The notes under the pieces: model-generated
What the model was told of the DNA's origin: nothing
Seen by the model: the letters and a program-made list of their open reading frames with translations, nothing else
The model's database searches: none
Position numbers and translations under genes: made by a program
Source: Chiloscyllium plagiosum
Lineage: Eukaryota
NCBI RefSeq assembly: GCF_004010195.1
Contig: NC_057719.1
Coordinates: 75,656,064 to 75,720,063 of the forward strand
Length of the DNA: 64,000 bases
Direction: 5' to 3'
Shown here: in pieces, positions 13,564-25,080 of the stretch
Numbering within the stretch: position 1 is the first letter of the stretch
How the letters are laid out: each line of letters starts with the position of its first letter

Positions 13564-13974
13564 AGTTTGACGCCAAAATGACCGGCTCCCACGGACGGGC
13601 AAAAGTACAAGTCTGTGTTATGTCATGCCAATAACATAGTCAAAGTGCTCATGAATTTCAATATTACCAGAATTACTGAGTGGAAAAGCTTAAAAAAATG
13701 CTCATATGAAAATGACAGGGGATGAGAAAGCAAAATGCACACTGGTACTTGCCTGCATGGGCAGCAGATCAAAATTAAAGTATATAATCATTTTCAAATG
13801 TATAACCCCACTTAATAATCCAGTTCCTGCAAAGATCCAGGGAATTTCTGGCTCTTAGTTAATTAGAGGAGGCAGTAAGGTTCTGGCAGACTTGTTCCGG
13901 CTATTGGTTTCTCCACATTGTCCTGTCCTTTTCGCTTTTGGAGATGATGTTTGGATTCCGCCCATGGTGATGGT

Positions 13975-14281
13975 ATTAGATTACTTACAGTGTAGAAACA
14001 GGCCTTTCGGCCCAACAAGTCCACACTGACCCACAGAAGCGTAACCCACCCAGACCCATTCCCCTACATTTACTCCTTCACCTAACACTACAGGCAATTT
14101 AGCATGGCCAATTCACCTAACCTGCACATTTTTGGATTGTGGGAGGAAACCAGAGCACCCGGAGAAAACCCATGCAGACACTGGGAGAATGTGCAAACTC
14201 CACACAGACAGTTGCCTGAGGCGGGAATTGAACCTGGGTCTCTGGCGCTGTGAGGCAGCAGTGCTACCCACTGTGCCACCA
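13975..14281 (-). mobile_element. HE1 V-SINE
   Basis: tRNA head, V-domain and tail. Confidence 0.92.
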
Positions 14282-14687
14282 TACACTTGTCCTCTTCAGA
14301 CAATTGCCTTTTGCTTCCACCTTTCAGATAACATGCATTTGATGTTGCCTTCAGCTCGAATGTAGTGAATTGGACTCCACACAAAATTTGCAATGTAGCT
14401 CAGAGAGAACACGACAATCCTTTGCCTGTTGCCCCAAGCTGAATAAAGCAGCAGTACCTACTTCACAGGGTCATGGCCCTCATGTAGTCCTTGAAATGTT
14501 GTGGGATATTTGAGTAAAAATATAGTTGATTTTAGCAAGCGTTGATTGGTGGAGCTTGCAACTACAAATAGAATCTCACATGGCTCACAGCACAGGAGAT
14601 CATTTGGCCCATCATATCTGTGCCAGCCCTTCAGAAAAACAGCACAGTTAGTCCCACTCCCTCTATCTTCCTTGTAGCCCAGTATAG

Positions 14688-14890
14688 TCAGAGTCATAGA
14701 GATGTGCAGAATGGAAACAGACCCTTTGGTCCAACTCGTCCATGCCGACCCAATATGCTAAATTAATCTAGTCCCGTATTTGGCCCATATCCCTCCAAAC
14801 CCTTCCTATTCATATACCCATCCAGATGCCTTTTAAGTGTTGTAGTTGTACCAGCCTCCACCACTTGCTCGGGCAGCTCGTTCCATACAC
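14688..14890 (-). mobile_element. HER1/CR1 3' end fragment
   Basis: agagtcatagagatgt...acagaccctttggtccaactc...accagcctccaccac. Confidence 0.85.
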
Positions 14891-16179
14891 TTGTCCTCTT
14901 CAGATAATTCTCTGAAACAAGACCTGAACATTTGAAGAATTTGTTAATGAATGTGACAACCCAGAGCTAGACATTTTAACAAGTGCTCTTCTGAGAAAGC
15001 TTCAAGTTTTATTCCATTTGCAGCCAGAGTGTTAAATGGTGTGAATGCACACCCCCTCACTGTTTGCTGACTAACTGTTATCCTTTTTTTGGAGATTTAG
15101 GAGAGAGAGAAGAAAAAACAGTCAGCATTAATTAGAAACTGAGAAATCTGGATTGCTACATTTCAGTTCAGTGGAACTCCCAAATGGAAAGAGTCAGACA
15201 GCAATAATTAAAATAAAACTCCCGTTATGAATACTGTGTTTTAAATAGTTACAAAGAGATTCATCTGTTGTGAAGATCTTTCCAGTACTGCTGTGGGGCT
15301 CTGACACACATTGCAGATTGTAGTATTCGAGTGGATTTTAACAGGTTTTATGGAGAATATAAATTACCAGAATCTTATTAAAGACAGGCAATAAATATGC
15401 AACAGAACAAAAAAAATCCAAAGCTGCTGTAAGTCTACAGCAGATAAATTAGCAGCTGTAAATGATATTGACCTGTCTTTTCTCTAAACAAGCAGAAACC
15501 AGGGCTGGTTGAGCTATGATCTGTCAGAATTTAAAATACATATTAATGAGCATTTAGAGAAATATTTGTCAATCAGAAGTTGTCGGCATGGATTCTGGAA
15601 ACTTCTGTCTAATTGGAAATTGCACTCAGGAAAAATGATCAAAACAGCTCCATCACAATGCAACACAAATCTCCATGTCTCTATACTGTTGAAAGGATCT
15701 TCAAGGCCCAGTGGATGTGGTTATAAAATGTTGATTGGTGTTTATTCAATGTACTGCTGGGTTCCAATCCTTCCTCTCCATTAACATGCTTTCTTTACCA
15801 ATTCCCTCAATTAATATGATCAAATTCTCTGGCACCCCTCTCCAGTGTTCTTAGCACAGCAGCAGACCATTCAGCTTAACTGTTGGTTGCTGATGTTCAA
15901 CATCCCTGTTAATCCCATCCCACCTCCTTTCATCTATTCCTATCAACATATCCTTCTCTTCCTTTCTTTACCATGCAGCTGTGCCTTCTCCTTAAATGCA
16001 TCAAAGCTGTTTGTCTCAGCTGTGCTTTGTAGTTGCAAGTTTCTTATTCTTTCACTGGTTAGGTAGAGTTTTCTCCTAAATTGCTCATTAGATTTATTAA
16101 TGACTATCTTTTCAATCCTTTGCAAGAGGCACATGTTTCTTAATGTCTATGTGATAGCACTATCCTTTCCTGTTTAAAT

Positions 16180-16500
16180 TCATTCATGGGATGTGGGCAT
16201 CGCTGGCTGGATCCATCTCTAATTACCCTGAGAGCAGTTAAGTGTCAACCACATTGCTGTGGGTTTGGAGTCATGTGTAGGCCAGACCAGATAAGGATGG
16301 CAGTTTCCTTCCCTAAAGGGCATTAGTGAACCAGATGGGTTTTTCCTGACAATTGATTCACGGTCAACATTAGACTCTTAATCCTAGACATTTTATTAAA
16401 TTCAAATTCCACCATCTGCCCTAGTGGGATTTGAACCCAGGTCCCCAGAACATTACCTGGGTCTATAGTCCAGTGATAATACCACTAAACCATCATTATC
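16180..16500 (-). mobile_element. tRNA-derived shark SINE (same family as 1735-2076)
   Basis: Reverse-complement similarity to 1735-2076 over the full length. Confidence 0.8.
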
Positions 16501-16744
16501 CCGTTACTTAAAGGCCTCTATCAGAATACCTGGTAGCCTTTTGTAAAGGTGAGTTCCAGTCTGTTCAGACTTCTCTGGCACATTCTGGAACCTCTCAGTT
16601 TTGGTATGATCCTTGCGGCAGCTAGTCTGAGTACTCTTTCACAGGTTTCCCTGCTTTGCCATGTACAAGTGCCCATTCCTCTATTGCTGTGCTTAGCGGT
16701 CTGTCTCAGAATGGGAGCAGTCAACTAATCCACGTGAATTCTCT

Positions 16745-17060
16745 GGGGACACAGGTTCAAATCCCATCGTGGCATCTGGTGGGACTTAAATTTAATTAAT
16801 CTTTTAAAAAGTCTGTAATATGAAACTGGTCTTAATAATTGCTACCATAAAACTTTAATTAATTGTTATTAAAACCCATTTGGTTCACCAGTGTCATTTA
16901 AGGAATGAAATTTGCTTTCCCTGGGTACATATCCAAACACATAGCCATGCGGTTGACTCTTAACCATCCTCTGAAATGGCCGAGCAGGTCACTCAGTTCA
17001 AGGACAGTTAGGCATGACATCACATGTTGGCCTTGCCAGTGACACTCACATTCTGGGAAA
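16745..17060 (+). mobile_element. Older copy of the same tRNA-derived SINE family
   Basis: ggttcaaatccc head...ggttgactcttaac...ggccttgccagtgac tail. Confidence 0.65.
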
Positions 17061-17893
17061 AAAATTAAAACATTGTGGAACAGCTCATAGATTATGTGTT
17101 AACAACAGCAAGGCAGATCAGCTTACATTCTGTCTGTAACAAGGGTCACACTTGCATGTAGTGAACGCATTCTACTCCAGCCATATGCTGTTAAACTGTT
17201 CTCTGTCTTAAAATGAAGAATTGCTGCCTGCATGGGATTAAATGGGCTAAAGGAAAAAGGCTTCTGCGTGCTAGCTCAGGAACAGATTTTCATCTGCACT
17301 TTCATTACACATACAGATCATTCTGACATAATGTGCTTTTCGTTAACACGAATTTAATGTAATGCAAGTAACGAACTGGGGACACTGTTTCTAAAGCTCA
17401 AACTCTTAAAGTGTGTATTGGTTATAATGTGATTCCAGCCCCATTGGTCTAAACTAGCACAGCTATTGTGCAATTTTCTTATAATGCAAGAACGGGACTA
17501 TTGCATTATAGGAGAACCAACTATATATACTCAGTCGCTCTACTTATTGTGGTTGCTATAAGATTTGTCAATGAAAAAGAGAAAATTGATCTCTTTGGAC
17601 ACTTATAACAGTACTAAATACGTTCCCAAAGATTTTCTTGGGAGTGTTATCTGTAGTGAATTGGAGAACTTATTTTTTCCGATTCCACCAGCCTCTCTCC
17701 CTGCCATTAGAATGGTGTTTTTAAGTCACGTAACATTTGAATTACTGATAATTGTGGAATGTTGGCCAACTTCATCAGATGCTTAACTAATGGTAAGACC
17801 AGTGTGAGCCCCCCAAGTTTTAAATAAACTTTAAGGTGAAAAATGTAGTACTTAATTTTGGTTCGTGTTTGTAATTAAATTTAGAATGGACTT

Positions 17894-18504
17894 TGTGATA
17901 ATACTGTGGCTTTAAAAGGTGTATTTTGTCCTTTTTATTTCATGAAGAATGATTGAGACAGAGATGTCAAGCAGTCTGCTCCACAGTCAATAAATTAAAC
18001 CGCTTGTGAAGCCTTGTTTTTTTTTGAAAGTTGGAACAATAGAGGCAGCCTGACTGAGTGGGGGAGAGCTCCTGCTGAGCCAGGATTTTTAGTATTAGTT
18101 TTTCAGTAGCAGTAGTTGCTCGGATCTTGAAGCTGGGTGTGGAAGCTGTTATTCCTCTCTCTGTTACAGCTAAGAGCTGGGGTTTTCTTCCTGCTGCTAG
18201 AATTGTACGTGAAACAATCTATTTTACTGAGTTTGCCTTTTGTCAAGGGTGTGCTTAGGGGATTTCACAATATTGAAACAGTTCAGTACTTAAATAAGCT
18301 ATTATTCTGTTAAGTTTTCCAATAGAGTTAAGTTATTCCAATTTCTTTCCTTTGTTGTCTTTTAACGAGAATAATGTGTGTTTTGTTTCAAAACTGGGAG
18401 TTTGATCAGATCACAACGCCTGGCACTTCCCTTTAAAATAAGGAAATTGTTAGAGTCTAGCCCATCCTCTTAATATATTTTGAGGGAGTTTGGTCTGGTC
18501 CATA
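17894..18504 (+). mobile_element. Putative solo LTR
   Basis: Begins TGTGA, ends ...ggtccata(ac), flanked by a candidate 4-bp ACTT duplication; about 610 bp and non-coding. Confidence 0.45.
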
Positions 18505-18579
18505 ACTTCATACAGTTCTGACAAACTGGTTGTTCCAGACAAAAGTGCAAAATCACATTCTAATCATTTGTGATTTGAA

Positions 18580-19180
18580 CGTTTCATGCAAATGGTATTG
18601 TGGCTTTTAACGCTGGAGGTATTGAGTACGAGAGTAATGATATCTTATTGCAATTTTACAGAGTTTTTGCAAGACTGCATGTAAATTATTATATATGGTT
18701 TTGGTCTTTTTTCTGATCTCCTTACCATATACTTGGCCTAGAGGCAGTGCAGTGGAGGTTCACCAGTCTGATTCCTGGGATAGCAGGGTTGAGGAAACCA
18801 AGCCTGTATGGGGTAGAGTTTTGAAGAATTGAGAAGTGATCTTGTTGAAACACAAAAGTCTTGAAGGGATTGACAAAGTAGATACAGGAAAGGTGATTCT
18901 GCAAGCTGAGCAGGTCAGAACCAAGGAACACAGTCTCAAAATAAGGGGTATGCCTTCTAGAACTGAGAAGGAGGAAGGATACTCTTGCTCAGAGGTTGTT
19001 GGATCGTTGCAATTGTCCATCATAGGGAGCTCAATCATCAAGTGTATTCCAAACAGTGACCAATAAATTCTTAGATATTAAAGATATGAAAGGATAAGGA
19101 CAGAGTGATAAAAATGTGTTAAATGGAAGATTAGCCATGATTTAGTTGAATTTATGGCCTGATTGGCCTACTCAGCCTAC
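18580..19180 (+). mobile_element. Degenerate CR1 3' end
   Basis: LEAVQWRFTSLIPG, R..DL.ET.K.LEGIDKVD and HSLKIRG remnants. Confidence 0.8.
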
Positions 19181-19484
19181 TCCCACTCCTTTTACCAGTG
19201 TTCTTGTCAAGTCTGCCAATTAAATGCTTGTAAAATTTTAGTCCTAAGCCTTTGGTATAAATTTATTTATTTCTTATGCATTGTAATTATTAAAATGAAC
19301 AATACTTCTTGGCTCATTCACAGAAATAATAGACTACTGGTCCTCGGACAATCGCCTCCAAAATGAAACTGATTCACTTTAACAACAGCGCATACATTTA
19401 ACTTAGGCAACAACTTGCATTATTAAATATGGAGATTTTGGAACCATGGTTTAACTTGTACATTTGAGCCACATCAGATTACTG

Positions 19485-19670
19485 AAAGAAACAACTTGTG
19501 TTTTTCTAGCACCTTTCATGACCTCAGACTATTCCCAAACCATTTCTCGGCCAGCAAAGCCCTTCTGAAATATTGTCACTGTTGAAATGTGCATGCAGTG
19601 CTCCCTCAGAGCAGCACTGGAGAGTCAATCTGGGATTCAAACCCAAAACCTTCTAATTCAAAGATCATCA
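19485..19670 (-). mobile_element. DeuSINE remnant (head and tail, internally deleted)
   Basis: aacaacttg...agcacctttcatgacctcag tail and gcagtgctccctcag...gcactgg head segment. Confidence 0.5.
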
Positions 19671-21224
19671 CTGAACAAAGGCTGATATCTTATAGAAGTT
19701 CAATGCTTACAGTATTGCTGTATAGAAATGCCAAACAGGTCAATAATGCTTCCATTAAACTTACACTTTAAAGTCAAATTTTCTGATGTCATGACACTTT
19801 TGGCCTTTACCATTGATTTTGCTCAAAAGAAAACTCCATTTTACTTCTTTATCCATTTTACATTGTTTAAATGAAAATCTCATATATAAAAATAAGTCAG
19901 GTTAAAAAAAAACTGAGGTTGAAACAATGTGTGATAGTGCTGAATTTTAAAAAAATTTGTGCTGCTTAGGACTTGGCAGAACAATGGTGATAATGGAATG
20001 ATTGATATCATAGGTGCTTATCTGTCCTTGTCTGTAGTTGATAGGATCAAACAGAATTATTCAATGGAAGTTGGAGCAAATCCTAGGAATGTGCATGAGA
20101 GAAATTTAAAATTTAGAAGGTTTTATACTCTGTAACGTAGTCTAATCAACACGTTGGAACAACTGTTGGGCAATTGCATGTTTTCAAAGTCAACCATGAC
20201 TAACATTAGCTCGCCAATGTCTCCAGTGACTTAAAATTCTCACCCTTATGTTTAAATCCCTTGATGTCTTGACTCTCCCTAACTTTCTAACCTCCTCTAG
20301 TGTTCTTAGTGCCCCTGCCCCCCCCCCCCGACTTTTCCACTGATGTTAGACTCTTGTATGGTTCCTCAATCCTCATGCTGACCACTGAATGTTTTGCTGT
20401 TGGATCACCTGTCACAAGATCTGGACTTTATGCCCAAGGCCTTTGAGAACTCTACAAATGTAGATTGTGGTTTTGTTTAGCAAAATGTGTTTGAGCCCAT
20501 TTGGCCCCTGTTCAAGGAAGTGAAGAACACAGCATTGAACTCTCTGCTTAAAAGAGTATCCCCATACTTATCTGAGCAATATTGTTCATATAGAGAATCT
20601 ATATGGGGTGGAATCTTATAGAGAATCTGCCATTCTTTAAATTGGGAAATCTAAGTGAAGGTTTGATGCTCATGATGTTGGACATCACTGAGGTTAAATA
20701 GAACAGCAAAGCTGGTCACAAAATTGAGGATTAATGGCTATTGAATCCCAATAAAATTCTGTGCATAGTAGACTGAAGGAACAATTGAAGGAATGAGGAG
20801 TTCACTAGTTGTGAAACTTTCAGCATAGACTAAGTCGATCACCATCCATGCAAAACAGTGGCTGAATCTTCTAGTTTTCCTTTTAGCTAAGTGCAAGTCA
20901 TATTGAATTTGTTGGAGGTTTCCCGTAGTGAACTGAGCAAGTTTTCTCATCATCTCATACCAAACTCACATTGTGTCTAATTTCCACACAATTTTACGGC
21001 TCGCCATTCTTGGAACAACTTGTCGCTCACTGGATATTCCAGAACTGACCTGGCACAGGTGCCACATTTAAAAGGCTGTGCACCCAGACATGCACTGTCA
21101 GTCCAGAGCTAGCCTGCATGGTTGCTGACATTTGCCCTGGATGTAGATAGACAGAAGGAAGTTGGTGCCCCACTTTGCAGGCAGAGCACTGGAGCTCCTG
21201 CTGCACTGGGTGGGGTAAAGGTGG

Positions 21225-21728
21225 AACGTTTTTTATAGATGCACCATAAAAAGCATTCCATCTGGATGCATCACAGTGTGGTATGGCAACTGCTTTTCCC
21301 AAAGCCTCAAGTAATTACAGAGAGTTGTGAACACAGCCCAGTCCATCACACAAACCAGCCTTCCTTCCATTGACTCTGTCTACACTTCCCACTGCCTTGG
21401 GAAAGCAACAAACATAATCAATGACCCCACCCACCTGGTTATACTCTTTTCACCCTCTTCCCTCAGGCAGAAGATACAAAAGTTTGAAGACACATATCAA
21501 CAAATTTAAGAACCGCTTCTTCACCGCTGTAATCAGATTTATGAACGGATCCCTCATATCTTAGCATTGATCATTCTCTGCATCATTGCTACAGCTGTAA
21601 CACTATTTCTGCATTTTTTCTATTACCCTGATATACGTATGTAAGTTATGATTTGCCTGAATGCACACAAAACAATACTTTTCAATGTATCTTGGTTCAT
21701 GTAACAATAACAAATCAAATCAAATCAA
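21225..21728 (+). mobile_element. Rex1/Babar-clade LINE 3' end
   Basis: FYRCTIKSI.SGCITVWYGNC...LQRVVNTAQSIT...KNRFF; tail acaataacaaatcaaatcaaatc. Confidence 0.8.
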
Positions 21729-22669
21729 CTACCCAGGAACCAGTAATGAATATCACAACTCCAAATCATGCCAACATGGTCCAAAGTTGCCACCCAGGTT
21801 AGTGAAGTCTCAGCCATCTGGAGGAATGCATGGTATTGTAGAAAGAAGGTCCAACGCTCCTGCTGTCTCTCACAATAGTCTGCAACGTCTTCTCTCACTC
21901 GTTGTCATCAATCTCCAACCCCTGACACCACTGACCCTACTCACTCATTTGGGACACCTCCCTACCTTAACCCATACCCTGCTTCTCGAACAGTAATAGC
22001 TGTGCCACCCATTTCATTTTCCTTAATATCTACCTCTTCTCAAATCAGCCCACGACAGGGCGAAAAGTATAGGACGGGTGGTTCGCTGCCCATCAGTCTG
22101 CATGTCACCCCTCTTGAGGAGAGGATCCTGACTCTTACTGTCCCGGGCAGGGCCATGTCTGGTATCAGAGACTGCTCCTGATTTACTGTGCCAGGATCCC
22201 ATGAAGGAAAGGCTGTATTCCTTGACTTCACTGAGGCCTGTTCACAACTATGGCAAGCCTCCTGGCTTGGCATCTGGGCTAAATGTCACGGCAAGACAGC
22301 TGTTAGATGGTCCTGGTGTTTCTGGTTGAGGAGGCAAAGTGCAAAATAAGTAAGGCAAGGCAGGGTTGACATGAGCATCCGGATAGGCCCAGAGCGAATC
22401 AGCACAATGGCAGTGTTCAAAGAGTTCAGAGATGCAGACTGGTCCTGTCCATGAGATGGGATGCATGTTCCTGAGCATATAGTGTTCTTGCTGCCGCATT
22501 ACAATGATAGCTCTGGTGCAGCACTGAAGGGCAGACACAACAAGGAAGTGGATAGGCAAGGTCCATGGGAGTTCTCAGAGCTTGGAAGATAATGGACGCC
22601 AATGTCTGTGAATGTGGGGTGCCAGTGGCCAGTGCCCATGGAGTGTGCCCTGAGATGTGGAGCAAGGGT

Positions 22670-22935
22670 CGCTTCCAGCCTCGGGCAACTGTGTGTGTGG
22701 AGTTTGCACATTCTCTCCATGTCTGCGTGGGTTTCCTCCGGGTGCTCCGGTTTCCTCCCACAATCCAAAGATGTGCAGGTCAGGTAAATTGGCCATGCTA
22801 GATTGCCCATAGTGATAGGTGCATTAGTCAGAGGGAAATGGGTCTGGGTGGGTTACTCTTCAGAGGGTCGGTGTGGACTGGTTGGGCCAAAGGGCCTGTT
22901 TCCACATTGTAGGGAATCTAATGTAATCTAATCAA
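22670..22935 (+). mobile_element. HE1 V-SINE, 5'-truncated
   Basis: V-domain and (aatct)n tail. Confidence 0.9.
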
Positions 22936-23450
22936 TGTCCAATATGGAGTGGCCATTCCGAATTCCATAGTGGATTTTCCAGATGTCTAGTTTGGCAGGC
23001 AGGTTTGGCAAGATTGCAACCAGAATATTAATGAGGCAAGTTGGTCCATCAATAAGGACTTTAACAAGTGTTAATCACTATCAAGTGGTAATTTGCTGCT
23101 GCCCACTTATGGTAAGTGGTAAAGATGGTGAGATAACCTTGACACTGAGATATACCTCATTTAGCACCTTGTCCGATTTTTGCCACGTATTTCCCCATGG
23201 CCCATATGTTGCACATCCTATGAGATTTTGCCCGATAATTCTTTCATTAAATCAGAAACCCTGGCAATGATGGAAATCTGAAATAAACATGATTATTAGA
23301 AGTACTGAGCAGGAAAGGCAGCATCTGTGGAGAGGGAAACCTAGTTATTGGGAATATTTTTAACTTTGTGTGATTGAATGAAATAAATTTTAACTCACTC
23401 AAAAGCCCATGTTTCAGATCAATGACCTTGCATTATTGCATTCAGGGATG

Positions 23451-23628
23451 AAGTTAAAAATCACACAACACCAGGTTATAGTCCAACAGGTTTATTGTGG
23501 ACTCCAGAATCACCTGATGAAGGAGCAGCGCTCCGAAAGCTAGTGCTCCCAAATAAACCTGTTGGACTATAACCTGCTGTTGTGTGATTTTTAACTTTGT
23601 CCACCCCAGTCCAACACTTGCACTTCCA
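23451..23628 (+). mobile_element. PLE-derived fold-back element carrying a hammerhead ribozyme
   Basis: About 46-bp inverted repeats (aagttaaaaatcacacaacaccaggttatagtccaacaggtttatt / aataaacctgttggactataacctgctgttgtgtgatttttaactt) around an HHR core, plus a ~30-nt unpaired 3' tail. Confidence 0.8.
23511..23545 (+). ncRNA. Minimal type I hammerhead ribozyme
   Basis: CAC-CUGAUGA-A-GGAGC-AGC-GCUCC-GAAA-GC-UA-GUG: intact core, 5-bp stem II, 3-bp stem I, palindromic AGCU in place of stem III. Confidence 0.8.
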
Positions 23629-24641
23629 ATTCGGGAAAGAGTTACACTATAGTACAACTGGTAAATACTGTGAGTGAGAGTTAGATCAAACCTCTTGACT
23701 GCATCTGGAGAGTAGCAGAAGGACCAGAGCTTGGAACTTTACCTGTGACTGGCTGGTTCCCCCAAAATGGAGTCAGTTGGATAGAGTCCATTATTGTAAA
23801 GCGAAATTAGATTTTATTTGTTCTTCAATCACTTTGAATTGATTTAACTTGGCTCTGAACTGGCACTCCTTGTGTGGGCAACACTAATGATTCATCCATG
23901 AGCTTCAGGGTCTGCCCAAAAAATGTAAGCATCAATGTTTAGATGTCCCACATTGAATTATAAGCATTGAAATACATTCCAGCGAATAAACATGTAGTAA
24001 TGCAATAGCTTCACACAAAGAACTCACCTGGATGAAAATGCCACATTGGAGTAGAACAGGGATGTCTTTTGAGAGTTAAGTTGGGAAATGAAAGTGGCAC
24101 TGTACAGGCACTCTGAGGTTACACCCAATTTGACTGAGAGTGTTTGACACTGACACAGTGTCATTACTCCATTACTTCGTACATGGATTATTTGATGTGC
24201 ACTGAAAAAAAGGTGCCACTGTTGTTCAGACAAGACGTGGATGCAGCACACTACATACCTGTTGCAGGTAGTATCCCTTGTTATCCAATATGTTGGTGGA
24301 GTAGGATGCTTCAGCTGGAGCTTGGCTGCTTCATCTGTTTCTCATTCTTTTATTCCTCTTTTGTGTTTTTCTTTTTCTCTTATATCTTCTTGGCCTTGGA
24401 CTCCCAGCCTCAGTGTGGGCTCAGACTCTGGGCTTCAGTGTAGAGAGGCAGGCTCCCTGCCCAATGTGGCAATCTTCTGGTGAGGCGTAGTGCTCTCTTG
24501 GCTCAGTGTGGCAGTTTCTCGGCTCGGTGTGGCAGTTTCTCATCCCGACCTAGTCTCAGCGTGGCAGTCCCTCGGCAGCACGTGACTGCCAGCCTCAAAG
24601 TGATTCCTGAACGGTCTCATGGCCTCGAGGGGAAGCCTGGC

Positions 24642-25080
24642 ATAGACTGGAGTCAAGGCCCAGTACAGACTCGAGTCAAGGCCCGGTTCAGACTCGAGTC
24701 AAGGCCCAGCACGGACTTGAGTCATGGCCCAGCACAGAGTGGAACCAAGGCCCGGCACAGACTGGAGCCAAGGCTCGGAAATGACTGGATTCCAGGCTTG
24801 ACACAGATTGGAGTCCAGGCCTTGCGTGAACTGGAATCAAAGTCCAGCACGGATTGGAGTCCAACCCCAGTGTGGACTAGAATCAAGGCCCGGCATGAAT
24901 TGTAGTTTAGTCCCGGCGCCAAATGCAATCAAAACCTGGCACCAATTGGAGTCCAGACCTGGCATGGACTAGAATCAAGGCCTGGCATGGATTGGAGTCC
25001 AGGCCCAATGCGGATTGGAATCAAGGCCCAGCACAGATTGAAGTCCAAGCCCAGCATGGACTGGAATCACGGCCCAGTGT
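24642..25080. repeat. 23-bp minisatellite (about 19 diverged units) inside a SINE-like element spanning about 24290-25210
   Basis: Consensus approximately acggactggagtcaaggcccagc, repeated in tandem. Confidence 0.85.

Larger units (their letters stand above)
20605..23245 (+). mobile_element. PIF/Harbinger-derived element with Myb/SANT-like remnant, interrupted by Rex1 and HE1 insertions
   Basis: RKLVPHFAGRALELLL (about 21155-21205) continues after the Rex1 insert as WSKVATQVSEVSAIWRNAWYCRKKV (from 21777). Boundaries are approximate. Confidence 0.55.

Noticed and set aside
24024..24251. Minus-strand exon ending at CAG|GTGAGT
   Set aside because: Good donor, but the peptide is unrecognisable and the acceptor is weak; insufficient support.
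24642..25080. CRISPR-like array, or the 141-aa ORF at 24480-24905
   Set aside because: Tandem diverged units with no unique spacers in a vertebrate context; the ORF is a by-product of the minisatellite.
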